This document shows, piece after piece, positions 8,897 through 18,647 of a stretch of 64,000 bases of DNA; within the stretch, counting starts at the first letter, position 1; each line of letters opens with the position of its first letter. The position numbers and the translations under genes are program-made. Below the pieces are notes generated by a model, which made no database searches, was not told where the DNA came from, and worked only from the letters and a program-made list of their open reading frames with translations. Origin of the DNA: an uncultured Candidatus Obscuribacterales bacterium (GTDB taxonomy: Bacteria > Cyanobacteriota > Vampirovibrionia > Obscuribacterales > Obscuribacteraceae); assembly GCA_964519785.1 (NCBI GenBank), contig CAZFKB010000001.1:40754-104753 (forward strand), read 5' to 3'.

Positions 8897-9196
8897 CTAC
8901 CAGTCCTCGTCGCTTGGCAGCCATTCCAAAATTTCGGGTGGGCGCTTAATCTCCTCAATTATTTCGTATAGCTTGGAAGCTTCTGAAGCTTGAGGAGTTT
9001 TAAGCGGAATATCAAGTACCTTTACAGTCAATGCGCGTGAGCCCAATTCTATGTGGATTACTGAATCTTTTTCCACTTCGGCGCTCGATTTAGCAATGCG
9101 GTCGTTTATCAAAACTCTTCCCTGGTCGCAGGCCATTTTCGCCACAGTTCTACGTTTGATTAACCGAGAAATTTTTAGCCATTTATCCAGGCGCAT
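8897..9196 (-). CDS. S4-domain RNA-binding protein (Hsp15/RqcP-like)
   Basis: MRLDKWLKISRLIKRRTVAKMACDQGRVLINDR is a typical S4 motif. I prefer the internal ATG at 9196 over the ORF-track start at 9247. Confidence 0.75.
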   Translation of the reverse strand: MRLDKWLKISRLIKRRTVAKMACDQGRVLINDRIAKSSAEVEKDSVIHIELGSRALTVKVLDIPLKTPQASEASKLYEIIEEIKRPPEILEWLPSDEDW

Positions 9197-9272
9197 AGTC
9201 CACCTAACAATTAAAGATAAGTTTGCATAATCTTCGCATATAACCAAAGGCCGTTACGAAACGATCACTTTC

Positions 9273-10691
9273 GTGTATTCTAGAGATGTTATGTCACTTG
9301 GATTCCCAAAAATAGCCTTACGAACGCTAATTTTATTAGCTGTTTCAACGGTGGCGATCACTTGTACTTCGTGCTCGCATAAGGCTGAAGACCCTCATGC
9401 CGACGCTAAAGCGCCAGAAAACGCAGTGCGCATTGTCAAGGTTACTGAAGAGCTGGCTAAGAGTTTTGGACTGCAGACAGATGTCGTTAAAACGAGAGAT
9501 GTGACAATCCCGTTGCTGCTTACGGGTCGAATTGAACCCGATCTGCAAAAAGAAGTAGATGTCGGCACACGTGTAGCTGGGCGTATTACCAAAATCTTTG
9601 TAGACCCCGGTACCAATGTCAAAAAAGGTCAGATATTGGCGCTGATTGACAGCAGAGAAATCACTGAAATTCAGACCGACTTAATTGAAGCTGAAGCCAA
9701 ATTGCGCATCGCTGAAATTGCTGAAGAACGCGAGCGTCAGGTCTATGAAGAACAGCTCAAGCGTCCAACTACCCTTATAGAAGCACGTGCTGTTCACAAT
9801 GAGCAGAAAGTTCAACTAGAACTTGCCGAAACCGAATTTGCTCGTATGCAAGGACTAATCAAAGACAAAATTATTGCAACCAAAGATTTTCTGGCCTCAA
9901 AGGCTGCGCTTGCGACAGCTAAGGTTAACTACGAAAAAGCAAAGGCGACTTTAGAGCGCGAAGAAAAATTATATAAGAACAGAGCAATGCTCAAGCGCGA
10001 ATACCATATTGCTCAAGCTGAAGCCGACCGTGCTCGTAACGCGGTTCTTTCTTTCAAGCAAAGATTGATGTTTTTGGGTTGCGACAAACCAATGATTGAA
10101 AGAGTAGTGAAAACCAAAGAAATTGATGGCACTATTGAAATGACAAGCCCAATACATGGGGTTGTGAACTATCACGATATAGCTGTGGGCGAACTTGTTA
10201 GACCTGAGATCGCGCTCTTTTCAGTCTCAGATACGTCTACTGTTTTGCTTCAGGTTGACCTTCCCGAAGCTGATTTGCGTTCTGTCAAGCGTGGTCAGGT
10301 GGTGCAAATTAGAGTGCCAAGCTACCCGAACAAACTATTTACCGGCACGATCAATTACATAGGTGTTAAAGTCAATCAGACTACCCGTACAGTTCCAATT
10401 AAGGCCCGGCTGGATAACAAAGATGGCATATTGCGAAATAACATGTTCGCCGACATCCAACTTGAGGGCGAGCAACAAACTGTTCTTTCTTGTCCTAAAG
10501 ATTCGTTGCAAGAACACGGCGATGAAAAGGTCGTATTTGTTAAACATAAAGACGGATTCGAGGAAAGACGAGTTCGTGTAGGCTTTCAAGGTGAGAAATA
10601 TGTGCAGGTTCTTCAAGGTCTGCAAGAGGGCGACATAGTGGCTACTCAAGGTAGTCTCATGCTCAAAACAGAGATAAGCTACCAAAACTAA
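9273..10691 (+). CDS. RND efflux periplasmic adaptor (membrane fusion protein), system 1
   Basis: HlyD/CzcB-like layout: lipoyl-like motif GQILALID, a long coiled-coil hairpin, then beta-barrel and MP domains. It sits directly upstream of the RND pump. The start may be the ATG at 9291, since 9273 is a GTG. Confidence 0.85.
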   Translation: MYSRDVMSLGFPKIALRTLILLAVSTVAITCTSCSHKAEDPHADAKAPENAVRIVKVTEELAKSFGLQTDVVKTRDVTIPLLLTGRIEPDLQKEVDVGTRVAGRITKIFVDPGTNVKKGQILALIDSREITEIQTDLIEAEAKLRIAEIAEERERQVYEEQLKRPTTLIEARAVHNEQKVQLELAETEFARMQGLIKDKIIATKDFLASKAALATAKVNYEKAKATLEREEKLYKNRAMLKREYHIAQAEADRARNAVLSFKQRLMFLGCDKPMIERVVKTKEIDGTIEMTSPIHGVVNYHDIAVGELVRPEIALFSVSDTSTVLLQVDLPEADLRSVKRGQVVQIRVPSYPNKLFTGTINYIGVKVNQTTRTVPIKARLDNKDGILRNNMFADIQLEGEQQTVLSCPKDSLQEHGDEKVVFVKHKDGFEERRVRVGFQGEKYVQVLQGLQEGDIVATQGSLMLKTEISYQN

Positions 10692-10700
10692 ACAATATAG

Positions 10701-13700
10701 ATGATCGAAAAGCTTATTCAATTTGCCATGAACAATCGTCTGATGACGGCTGCGTTCACGGTAGCTCTGGCAATTCTTGGCGCCTGGTGCATGTTGAACA
10801 TTGCTGTCGACTCTTTTCCCGACGTAAGTAATGTCCAGGTGCAAATAATCACCGAGCCGCAGAGTATGGCTCCTGAAGAAGTGGAAAAGCTCATAACCTT
10901 TCCAATTGAAATCAGTATGAATGGATTGCCCAGCATTACCAAAGTGCGAAGCAATTCTATTTTTGGTTTTTCTGTTGTCACAGTAATATTTGAAGATAGC
11001 GTTGATGTTTACTGGGCAAGGAATCTGGTAGCACAGAGGTTGTCGCAAGTGGCGTTGCCTGAATGGGCTCCAAAGCCAGGATTAGGCCCAGTCATATCCA
11101 GTTTTAGCAACGTATACAACTATTATTTGAAAAGCGATTATTTCGACTTGACCGAGTTGCGCACAATCCAAGACTGGGTTGTGGCGCGCAAACTTATTAC
11201 AGTCAATGGTGTTGGAAACGTCACAAGCTATGGTGGCTACGTAAAACAATATCAAGTAATGGCATCGCCGCAATTGCTCAAAGGCTATGGCATCAAATTG
11301 TCTGAAGTGCAGCAAGCGCTTGCTTTGAACAATATAAACGCAGGTGGCAACTTTATCGAACAAGGTGGCGAAGAAGTAATTATTCGTGGACTTGGTCTTA
11401 TTGAAAATGTCGACGATGTAAAAAATATTGTTTTGAAAGAAGAAAACGGTGTGCCCGTAACGATTGCTCAAGTGGCAAAAGTACAAATTGGACCCGCGTT
11501 TCGAAGAGGTTCAAGCTCTATCAACGGCGAGGGCGAGGTTGTTTCGGGAATGGTATTGACTCGAAAAGGAGTTAATACCAAAGAAGTTGTAGAGAAGGTT
11601 CGAGAGCGGATCAAGGAAATTCAAGAAGAGCTGCCTGAAGGTGTCGAGCTTGTTCCTTATTACGACCAAACCGAACTTGTTGATAAGACACTTGCTACAG
11701 TCGAAGAGATTCTGCTCTTTTGCGGTGGGCTTGTAATCATAGTTTTGTTTGCAGTGCTTCTGCATATTCCAAGCGCGCTTATAGTTTGCGTCATTATTCC
11801 GCTTTCACTTTTATTCAGTTTTATGCTGATGAAATTCACTGGGCTATCTGCCAATCTAATGACTCTTGGCGCAGTCGATTTCGGGGTTATAGTCGATGCT
11901 GGCGTCGTGATGGTGGAAAACATATTCCGCCATATGTCTCATGCTGGCAATCTCGATAAAAATCCAAGGAAGCGGCTTGAAGTTATTTTGAAAGCGGCTG
12001 AAGAAGTTGGGCGACCAATCGTATTTGCAATCGCAATTATCATTTCGGTCTATCTGCCTTTGTTCACACTCGAAGGTGTCGAAGGCAAAATGTTCCATCC
12101 ACTTGCACTTACTTTTGTCTACGCACTTGCAGGAGCGCTTTTGTGTTCGCTTACAATTATTCCAGTGCTGTGTTTCTGGTTTATGCGTGGCAACATAGTC
12201 GAGAAGCATAGTCCCATTGTCGAATACTCAAGTAAATTCGTCATGCCAGCGCTTCATTTTTCGCTCAAAAAACCTGGTGTTCCAATTGCAATTTGTCTTG
12301 CAAGTTTCGTAGGAGCGGCATGCTTAATGCCTTTTCTAGGATCAGAATTCATTCCATCTATAGACGAAGGGCCAATTTTGTTGCGTGCCAATTTGCCGCC
12401 AAGTGTGTCGCACACCGAGGCAAGTCGGATGTTTGATGTGATTGAAGAATCGGTAAAGAGTTTTCCAGAAGTCGATGTGGTTATCTCGCGTATCGGTCGC
12501 TCTGGTATGGGTGGTGACCTTGCTGGTGTTAACCACGCAGACATAACTATTCAACTCAAACCGAAAAACGAGTGGAAAACTACAAAAGACAAGCAAAAAC
12601 TAATTACTTTGATGTCTGAAAAGCTAGAAAAAATACCCGGTCCTCTTTTGAGCTTTTCACAACCCATCGCAGACATGATCGATGACCTCATCGCTGGTAT
12701 CAGAGCTGAGTTAGGGATCAAAATATTTGGAGACAATCTTGCTAAGTGCGATGAAATTGCAGCGTCCATCGAGGCTGAAATAAATAAAGTACCAGGTGCG
12801 GCTGACGTTCAGCGCGAATTGATATTGGGACTGCCACTTCTTTCGGTAAAACTCAATCGTCCTGAAATTGCTCGTTACGGTCTAAACGTAAATGAAGTGC
12901 AAAGCATTATTCAGACTGCAATGGCTGGTCGAATCGTTTCTGAAGTAATTGAAGATACAAGACGCTTTGGACTTCTATTACGTTATCCGCTTCAGTATCG
13001 CGACACTATCGAAGATATTTACGAAATACCGGTTGATACTCCTTCTGGCGCTGTAATTCCAATGAAGCGCCTGGCGAAAATCTATAAAGAACGTGGCACC
13101 GTGCAAGTCAACCGCGAAGACGGTCAGCGCAGAACAGCTGTAATGGCTAATGTGCGTGGTCGCGACCTTGGTAGTTTTGTACAAGAGTGTCAGGAGCGTG
13201 TGAAGAAAAACGTCAAAATTCCAAAAGGCTACAAAGTGGTCTGGGGTGGCCAGTTTGAAAACCAACAAAGAGCGATGGCAAGGCTTTCTCTGGTGGTGCC
13301 TGTAGTTCTTTTGATCATCTTTATTCTTTTGTTTGCTTCCTTTAATTCTCTTAAGAATGCTGGGCTCATTATGCTCAACGTGCCATTTGCGATGGTTGGC
13401 GGCGTTGTAGCGCTATTTATTTCGCATCAATCTTTGTCTGTGCCCGCCATTATTGGCTTTATAGCCCTTTTTGGGGTGGCTGTGCAGAATGGCGTGATCA
13501 TGGTCAGTTATATAATGCAACTGGAACAAAACGGTTATCCAGTAGTACGTGCTGCCGTTGAAGGAGCCACGATTCGGCTTCGTCCGGTACTGATGACAGC
13601 TCTTGTGGCGATCATGGGATTACTTCCCAAAATCTTTTCCACAGGCACTGGAGCGGAAGTGCAAAGACCGCTTGCCACAGTAGTTCTTGGAGGACTGGTA

Positions 13701-13811
13701 TCCGCTACCTTGCTCACTTTGATTGTTTTGCCGACCATTTATACCTTAATCAACAAAGACCCAGAAGACAAAGAATTCATTGAGGAAAAACCCCATGCAG
13801 AACCAAGCTAA
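10701..13811 (+). CDS. czcA: Heavy-metal-efflux RND pump, CzcA-type
   Basis: 1036 aa with a typical HME-RND N-terminus (FPDVSNVQVQIITE). The TMH-IV motif DFGVIVDAGVVMVEN (11877-11921) has the D/D/E pattern of CzcA. Confidence 0.9.
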   Translation: MIEKLIQFAMNNRLMTAAFTVALAILGAWCMLNIAVDSFPDVSNVQVQIITEPQSMAPEEVEKLITFPIEISMNGLPSITKVRSNSIFGFSVVTVIFEDSVDVYWARNLVAQRLSQVALPEWAPKPGLGPVISSFSNVYNYYLKSDYFDLTELRTIQDWVVARKLITVNGVGNVTSYGGYVKQYQVMASPQLLKGYGIKLSEVQQALALNNINAGGNFIEQGGEEVIIRGLGLIENVDDVKNIVLKEENGVPVTIAQVAKVQIGPAFRRGSSSINGEGEVVSGMVLTRKGVNTKEVVEKVRERIKEIQEELPEGVELVPYYDQTELVDKTLATVEEILLFCGGLVIIVLFAVLLHIPSALIVCVIIPLSLLFSFMLMKFTGLSANLMTLGAVDFGVIVDAGVVMVENIFRHMSHAGNLDKNPRKRLEVILKAAEEVGRPIVFAIAIIISVYLPLFTLEGVEGKMFHPLALTFVYALAGALLCSLTIIPVLCFWFMRGNIVEKHSPIVEYSSKFVMPALHFSLKKPGVPIAICLASFVGAACLMPFLGSEFIPSIDEGPILLRANLPPSVSHTEASRMFDVIEESVKSFPEVDVVISRIGRSGMGGDLAGVNHADITIQLKPKNEWKTTKDKQKLITLMSEKLEKIPGPLLSFSQPIADMIDDLIAGIRAELGIKIFGDNLAKCDEIAASIEAEINKVPGAADVQRELILGLPLLSVKLNRPEIARYGLNVNEVQSIIQTAMAGRIVSEVIEDTRRFGLLLRYPLQYRDTIEDIYEIPVDTPSGAVIPMKRLAKIYKERGTVQVNREDGQRRTAVMANVRGRDLGSFVQECQERVKKNVKIPKGYKVVWGGQFENQQRAMARLSLVVPVVLLIIFILLFASFNSLKNAGLIMLNVPFAMVGGVVALFISHQSLSVPAIIGFIALFGVAVQNGVIMVSYIMQLEQNGYPVVRAAVEGATIRLRPVLMTALVAIMGLLPKIFSTGTGAEVQRPLATVVLGGLVSATLLTLIVLPTIYTLINKDPEDKEFIEEKPHAEPS

Positions 13812-14724
13812 AAGTCTGTTTTTATTAACTACAGCTTTAGCCACGAGCATTGCTCCAGCCTGGTCGGTGCCACTAAATATGGTTACTGCTGGAAATGATG
13901 TAGGACAGTCTATCGAGACTCGAATCGACACCGAAAAAATGGGATTGATTTTGTTGCGCAATGGACTTGTGAAAATGCAAGGTAAAAACATTACTGTTCA
14001 TAGCGTTCCCGAATGGCTTTTCGATAGACACAAAGTTTTGTCTGGCAAAATGATATCGTCAAAATTTGCAGGAACTCAAATATCACCAAGCGCTGCTGGC
14101 CAGGCTTCGACAATTTCTGGACTGGTCTATTTCTTTGAAGGCGACTATCTTGCCCATTTAGATAAGACCAGAAGCAAAGATTCCATTACTCTTACTGACG
14201 GACGAGTTTTTACTGGCAAAGTAGCCAGCATCAACGATGCTAGTATTACATTTCAAACTTTGCCAGGCGGCAAAATTGCTGGTACGTCCCAAGACTTTCA
14301 ATTTAACGAAATCAAATTGCTCGACTCACCGCGTGCTTATTTCTTTAGCATTCCTGTAAGCGACGTGAAATTGACCGATGGTGCATCAGGACTTTCTGCT
14401 GATGCTAAAGCAATTACTTTTGTACCGACAGGTGCATTTCGCAAAACTGGTTGGTTCAACAAAACAGCAAAAGCAGTCGAGCCAAAATCTACATTGCCTG
14501 GTACCGAAGGTGGACCAACCAAGGCGCAGATTGCCACTCTTGTTATGCTTGATATTATCAACGACATTTCGCCTGCGATCATTGCTCCTATTGTCGGAGC
14601 TTATGGCTCAAGCAGCGCAAACAAATACTTGCAACAATTCAACATTCAGCAAAATGCAAGCGGCGCGCCAGTATTTCCTTATGGTCGGGTTGGCGAATTG
14701 CTTGGACCCGTTCCTCAAAACTAA
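13795..14724 (+). CDS. Secreted hypothetical protein co-transcribed with RND system 1
   Basis: The ATG at 13795 is preceded by GAGGA with 8-nt spacing. The signal peptide is LFLLTTALATSIAPAWS. The gene overlaps the pump 3' end by 17 nt. I recognise no family. Confidence 0.6.
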   Translation: MQNQAKSLFLLTTALATSIAPAWSVPLNMVTAGNDVGQSIETRIDTEKMGLILLRNGLVKMQGKNITVHSVPEWLFDRHKVLSGKMISSKFAGTQISPSAAGQASTISGLVYFFEGDYLAHLDKTRSKDSITLTDGRVFTGKVASINDASITFQTLPGGKIAGTSQDFQFNEIKLLDSPRAYFFSIPVSDVKLTDGASGLSADAKAITFVPTGAFRKTGWFNKTAKAVEPKSTLPGTEGGPTKAQIATLVMLDIINDISPAIIAPIVGAYGSSSANKYLQQFNIQQNASGAPVFPYGRVGELLGPVPQN

Positions 14725-14740
14725 TAAGTTTCGCTTTTCA

Positions 14741-16411
14741 CTAATCGCTCTCGAGCAGCGGAATCCCGCATGCCATCTCAAGTTCGGTGAATGCATCTTG
14801 ATACAATTGAATCGCTTGCAGATATAAGCTTCGAATTAGCACGTTGTTTTGTTGAGTTTGAAGTGTAGACGTAATGTCTGATTGACCAACTTCATAACTG
14901 CGTCTTGCGAGTCGAGCAACTTCAAATGAGTCGTGCAAAATATGTTCTTCGTAGTTTTGCAATTTTTGTCTGGCGGCAAGCAAATTGTTATAGGCTGAGC
15001 TAACCTCGCCTGTGATGATGTTTTTCTGCGATCCAACTTGATAATTCAATTGTCTGGCTAAGGCTTTGAATTTTGCCAGGTCGCCCTGACCAAAGTCAGT
15101 CAGGTTTGTCGGCATGTTGACGCCAAAATAATATGCAGACAAACGAGGTCCTGAGGGCAAGTTATACGTATTCGAGTTCCCTGTCCAGTACTGAACGTTG
15201 GGCACCATATTTCCATAAACTCGTTGCAAGTTTGCCTTGTTCACTAACAACTGCTGATCGAGACTTTTAAGCTCATATCTGAACTTGTTGGACAGAGCAA
15301 TAAAGCTTTCTAGCGGACGTTCGGGACGAGAAAAATCTGGTAGGAGCGGATGTTTTGTTTGTACTGCATTTTTTGCTTCGCCCAAAAATGCAGGAAGTCT
15401 CGGCACCGTAATTGGTGCTTCGGGTTTTCTACCAAGAATAATATTCAGTTGTTGCTTGGCTCTGATCACGCGACGTTCTGCCACAAGACGCTCAACGTCG
15501 TACTGTGATTCAGCAAGACGAGCTTTGAGCAAATCGAGTTCAGGAACATCGCCTGCTTGGAAACGTTTTTCAGTTACTACACGCAGTGTGTGCGCAAGAT
15601 CATACAAACTGGCTTGGGTTTCAAGTGTTTCCTGAGCAACTACAACTTCGGTATAGGTACGTCGAACTTCAGCGCGCAGTCTCCAGAGATCAGCCATCAA
15701 GTCCAATTTTTGCTGATCGACGAATTTTTTTGCCACAATCAAACGAAAGACGAGTTTCCAGGGCGGCTCTACAGTGATAATCGTTCCTGTTCTAAAAGTT
15801 TGTTCTGCAGCAATACCGCTATCTTTGTTGAACTGAGGACTTGCTTGCTCGGTAGCACGCATGAATTCGGATTTGGCGACAGGAAACAAGGCGCGAATAG
15901 CTGCTGCTCGTGGACTTTTGGCTAAAGCTTCGTCCAGTGATTGAAAAATCGAAATCCCTTCTCCTGTACGTGAAGGATCGGTGGGTTTGGTTTGTCCATC
16001 AGCGTCTACATCGTAGCGAATAGTCGCTGACACCGGTGCATTTGCTGGTCCGCCTGGCTCAGCGTCAGAAGCAAGAGGCATCGGAGGTACATCGGACTCA
16101 ATATTGCGCGACCCAGATTTGGCTGGATCGTCGATTACCGATTGTGCTCCACCAGGAGCTTTGTAATTCAGTTCTGGTAAATTTTGTGCCGGATCGCCTG
16201 TCGCGCCTGCTGGTTTGGAAAGAGGAGTTGCGGCAGGGCTCATTTCTACTCTCGATGAGTTGGTCATTGGGGCCGATGGCGCGCCAGTAATCGGCGCCGG
16301 TCCTTGAGCGAAAGCATGTTGGCAAGTGCTACTTATAGAGACGAGGCTATAGGCAAGCGCAAGCCAGGTTCTGGGTTTATATTTTTTTGCCGACTGTTTT
16401 TGCAAATCCAT
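14741..16411 (-). CDS. Outer membrane efflux protein (TolC/CzcC family)
   Basis: Signal peptide, Pro/Ala-rich linker, then two OEP-type coiled repeats (for example LDLLKARLAESQYDVERLVAERRVIRAKQQLNIILG). It is convergent with the RND operon. Confidence 0.8.
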   Translation of the reverse strand: MDLQKQSAKKYKPRTWLALAYSLVSISSTCQHAFAQGPAPITGAPSAPMTNSSRVEMSPAATPLSKPAGATGDPAQNLPELNYKAPGGAQSVIDDPAKSGSRNIESDVPPMPLASDAEPGGPANAPVSATIRYDVDADGQTKPTDPSRTGEGISIFQSLDEALAKSPRAAAIRALFPVAKSEFMRATEQASPQFNKDSGIAAEQTFRTGTIITVEPPWKLVFRLIVAKKFVDQQKLDLMADLWRLRAEVRRTYTEVVVAQETLETQASLYDLAHTLRVVTEKRFQAGDVPELDLLKARLAESQYDVERLVAERRVIRAKQQLNIILGRKPEAPITVPRLPAFLGEAKNAVQTKHPLLPDFSRPERPLESFIALSNKFRYELKSLDQQLLVNKANLQRVYGNMVPNVQYWTGNSNTYNLPSGPRLSAYYFGVNMPTNLTDFGQGDLAKFKALARQLNYQVGSQKNIITGEVSSAYNNLLAARQKLQNYEEHILHDSFEVARLARRSYEVGQSDITSTLQTQQNNVLIRSLYLQAIQLYQDAFTELEMACGIPLLESD

Positions 16412-16589
16412 GAGAAAAGAATCTCAGTTTCCATGCCAATCATAGGCTAATAATGAGGCTTGAGACCACTTTTATAGGGCGCTGTGCTAACAATTTGCTA
16501 ATATGGCAGGATAGCGGGCAGGGATGGGCAAAAAACGCGGTTGTCATTATGTGTGAATGCAAAGAATCGCAAGCTGAGAGGAAAATGAC

Positions 16590-17015
16590 TTGAACTGGGT
16601 GACATTGGGACTTTTGTCTGCTTTGTTTGCAAGTTTGGTTTCAATCTTCGGCAAGCTCGGCATGAAAACGGTGGATTCGCTCACTGCCACCACAATCAGG
16701 TCGCTTGTGATGAGTTTTGTACTACTTTTGGCTTTTGCAACTCAGGCATGGCACAGTAAAACTAATGGACTGTCTGCGTTCAACATAGACACATGGAAAT
16801 TTGTTTTACTGTCTGGAATTGCTGGAGCCGCTTCGTGGCTTTGCTATTTCCAGGCGCTTAAAATAGCCGACGCTAGTAAAGTCGCGACTCTTGATAGGCT
16901 CAGTCTGTTCATTACTTTTATTCTGGCAATCATTTTCCTGGGAGAAAAATTGACCTGGAAGCTTGCATTAGGGGGTGCGCTACTTTTAGCAGGCACACTT
17001 TTAGTTTGTTTGTGA
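16590..17015 (+). CDS. Small EamA/DMT-family membrane transporter
   Basis: 141 aa, four to five TM helices, EamA-like N-terminus (LLSALFASLVSIFGKLGMK). The TTG start has GAGAGGAAA upstream. Confidence 0.65.
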   Translation: MNWVTLGLLSALFASLVSIFGKLGMKTVDSLTATTIRSLVMSFVLLLAFATQAWHSKTNGLSAFNIDTWKFVLLSGIAGAASWLCYFQALKIADASKVATLDRLSLFITFILAIIFLGEKLTWKLALGGALLLAGTLLVCL

Positions 17016-17022
17016 GATTAAC

Positions 17023-17505
17023 ATGTTGAATAGAAATTCGAAAATTGAGCAATTGATCTCGCCTCAGGGTGTCATCATATTTGGTGCAATCGGAATAATT
17101 GCAATTAGCGTGTCTCTCTACTTTTTTAATTTAGTATCTGTACAGAGTAAGTGGGTTGGCACTTACGCCAAAGTCACAGATGGAGCTGTTGTTCACTTTG
17201 GACGTCGAACTTATTACTACAGAGTACGATTGCAATATAAATATGCAGTTGAAGGAAAAGATTATCAGGGCGAATGCGAGTTGAGTCCGCAGAATTCGAG
17301 TTCGGTCGAAGAAGCCAATTCAATACTGGCGAAATACTTTCCCAATGGCAGAGCTTTGGAAATCTATTATGACCCCGCCAATCCAAAAGATTCGTTGGGA
17401 AATAAATCTGAGCCAAACACAAAAGGATGGCAATTCCTTATAGGTGGAATTTTGTCTTTTATTATTGCTTTTTTGATTAACTGGTTGATTGGCAAAAAAC
17501 CGTAA
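17023..17505 (+). CDS. DUF3592-like membrane protein
   Basis: A TM helix is followed by a beta-rich core (Y..VRLQYKYAVEGKDYQGE ... YYDPANPKDS) and a C-terminal TM helix, the pattern typical of DUF3592. Confidence 0.6.
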   Translation: MLNRNSKIEQLISPQGVIIFGAIGIIAISVSLYFFNLVSVQSKWVGTYAKVTDGAVVHFGRRTYYYRVRLQYKYAVEGKDYQGECELSPQNSSSVEEANSILAKYFPNGRALEIYYDPANPKDSLGNKSEPNTKGWQFLIGGILSFIIAFLINWLIGKKP

Positions 17506-17508
17506 GCG

Positions 17509-18360
17509 CTAAGCAAGATAACTGCAAAACTCTTCTTCGGGCAGCATCTTCTTTAATTTTCTCATCGCCAGATAAGAAATTTTGCCAACTTGATCGCGAG
17601 TCAAGCCTAGCTCGGTTGAAATTTCACGAAGGCTAAGCTCTTGAGGTGCACCGATGCCAAAACGCATGGTTATGACTCTTCGCTCGCGCTCAGATAATTT
17701 GTCAAGGAATTGATGCATTCTTTGTTTCAAGTATCTGGCTTCTAAATTTCCAATCAATTCTTGTGCAGACTCGTCTTCGATGGTATCACCAATGGTGAGC
17801 TTATCTTCGTCGTTCAAGGTCGCCGGTTGGTCTAGAGATAAGCACATTTTGGAGCTGGCTATCGCAGCCTTGACGCGCTCTGGGCGCTCATTGAGCTCGG
17901 CGGCGATTTGTTGCAAAGTCGGTTGTTTACCTAATTTTAAAGAAAGTTCTGAGCGAACTCGTCTGATTTTTGTCATCAATTCGTTCAGGTGTACAGGTAG
18001 TCTGACTACGCGTGACTTGTTTGAAATGGCGCGGTTTATAGCCTCCCGAATCCACCATGCAGCGTAAGTAGAAAATCTGTTTCCTCTGTTTGGGTCAAAA
18101 TGATTTACTGCATTCATAAGTCCAATGCAGCCTTCCTGGAATAGATCGGCGTTTGGAAGACCCTGGTCGTAACGTCTTGCAAGAGCAGTGACCAGTTTTA
18201 AATTTGCCATGATCAGCGCGTTTGCAGCGGCTTTATCTCCAGCTTGCGCACGTCTGCCAAGATTTGCTTCTTCTTGAGCAGAAAGATTTTTCGTTCTAAC
18301 CGGAGTCTGGACTGACATTTGATACGCGAACATAGAATGATGTCTCCTCAGTGGGTGCAA
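17509..18360 (-). CDS. RNA polymerase sigma factor, sigma-70 family
   Basis: Region 2 (DLFQEGCIGLMNAVNHFDPNRGNRFSTYAAWWIREAINRAI), region 3, and the region 4 HTH (LSLREISTELGLTRDQVGKISYLAMRKL) are present. The N-terminus is short, as in group 2/3 factors. Confidence 0.9.
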   Translation of the reverse strand: MHPLRRHHSMFAYQMSVQTPVRTKNLSAQEEANLGRRAQAGDKAAANALIMANLKLVTALARRYDQGLPNADLFQEGCIGLMNAVNHFDPNRGNRFSTYAAWWIREAINRAISNKSRVVRLPVHLNELMTKIRRVRSELSLKLGKQPTLQQIAAELNERPERVKAAIASSKMCLSLDQPATLNDEDKLTIGDTIEDESAQELIGNLEARYLKQRMHQFLDKLSERERRVITMRFGIGAPQELSLREISTELGLTRDQVGKISYLAMRKLKKMLPEEEFCSYLA

Positions 18361-18647
18361 AAATCCAGACCAACCATGTCCGGTTGGCTCGGCAGATGAA
18401 ATTGATTAGGCTAGTGATGTGACCCTAAAAGGTGTTAGGTCATGTATTCAATGTACTACTTCGCCGGATCTTCGCGCAAGAGCAGTGTAGTCTAAAGAGT
18501 GCAATTTAGATTAAATCTTCCAATCGGTCAGAGATAGCGCTATTTCGGCTTTTTGATGCCCGAAAAGCGTGTGCGGTCGGCGTCCGTGAATTTGCTACAT
18601 CGCTTGTAAGTGTAGTCTGAAGAGGTAGCTTAAAAGGTGCAATCTTG

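Noticed and set aside
10335-11048. 237-aa minus-strand ORF spanning the adaptor/pump junction
   Set aside because: It is antisense to two well-supported RND genes and shows no family features.
14378-14827. 149-aa plus-strand ORF overlapping the end of the secreted protein gene and the OMF 3' end
   Set aside because: It lies in an alternative frame of a better-supported ORF and runs antisense into the TolC-like gene. Its composition is atypical.
18361-18647. Possible RNA gene or riboswitch in the 287-nt region upstream of the sigma factor gene
   Set aside because: It contains only a short CCAACC/GGTTGG hairpin. I recognise no tRNA-like or known riboswitch consensus, so it is most simply a long leader or promoter region.
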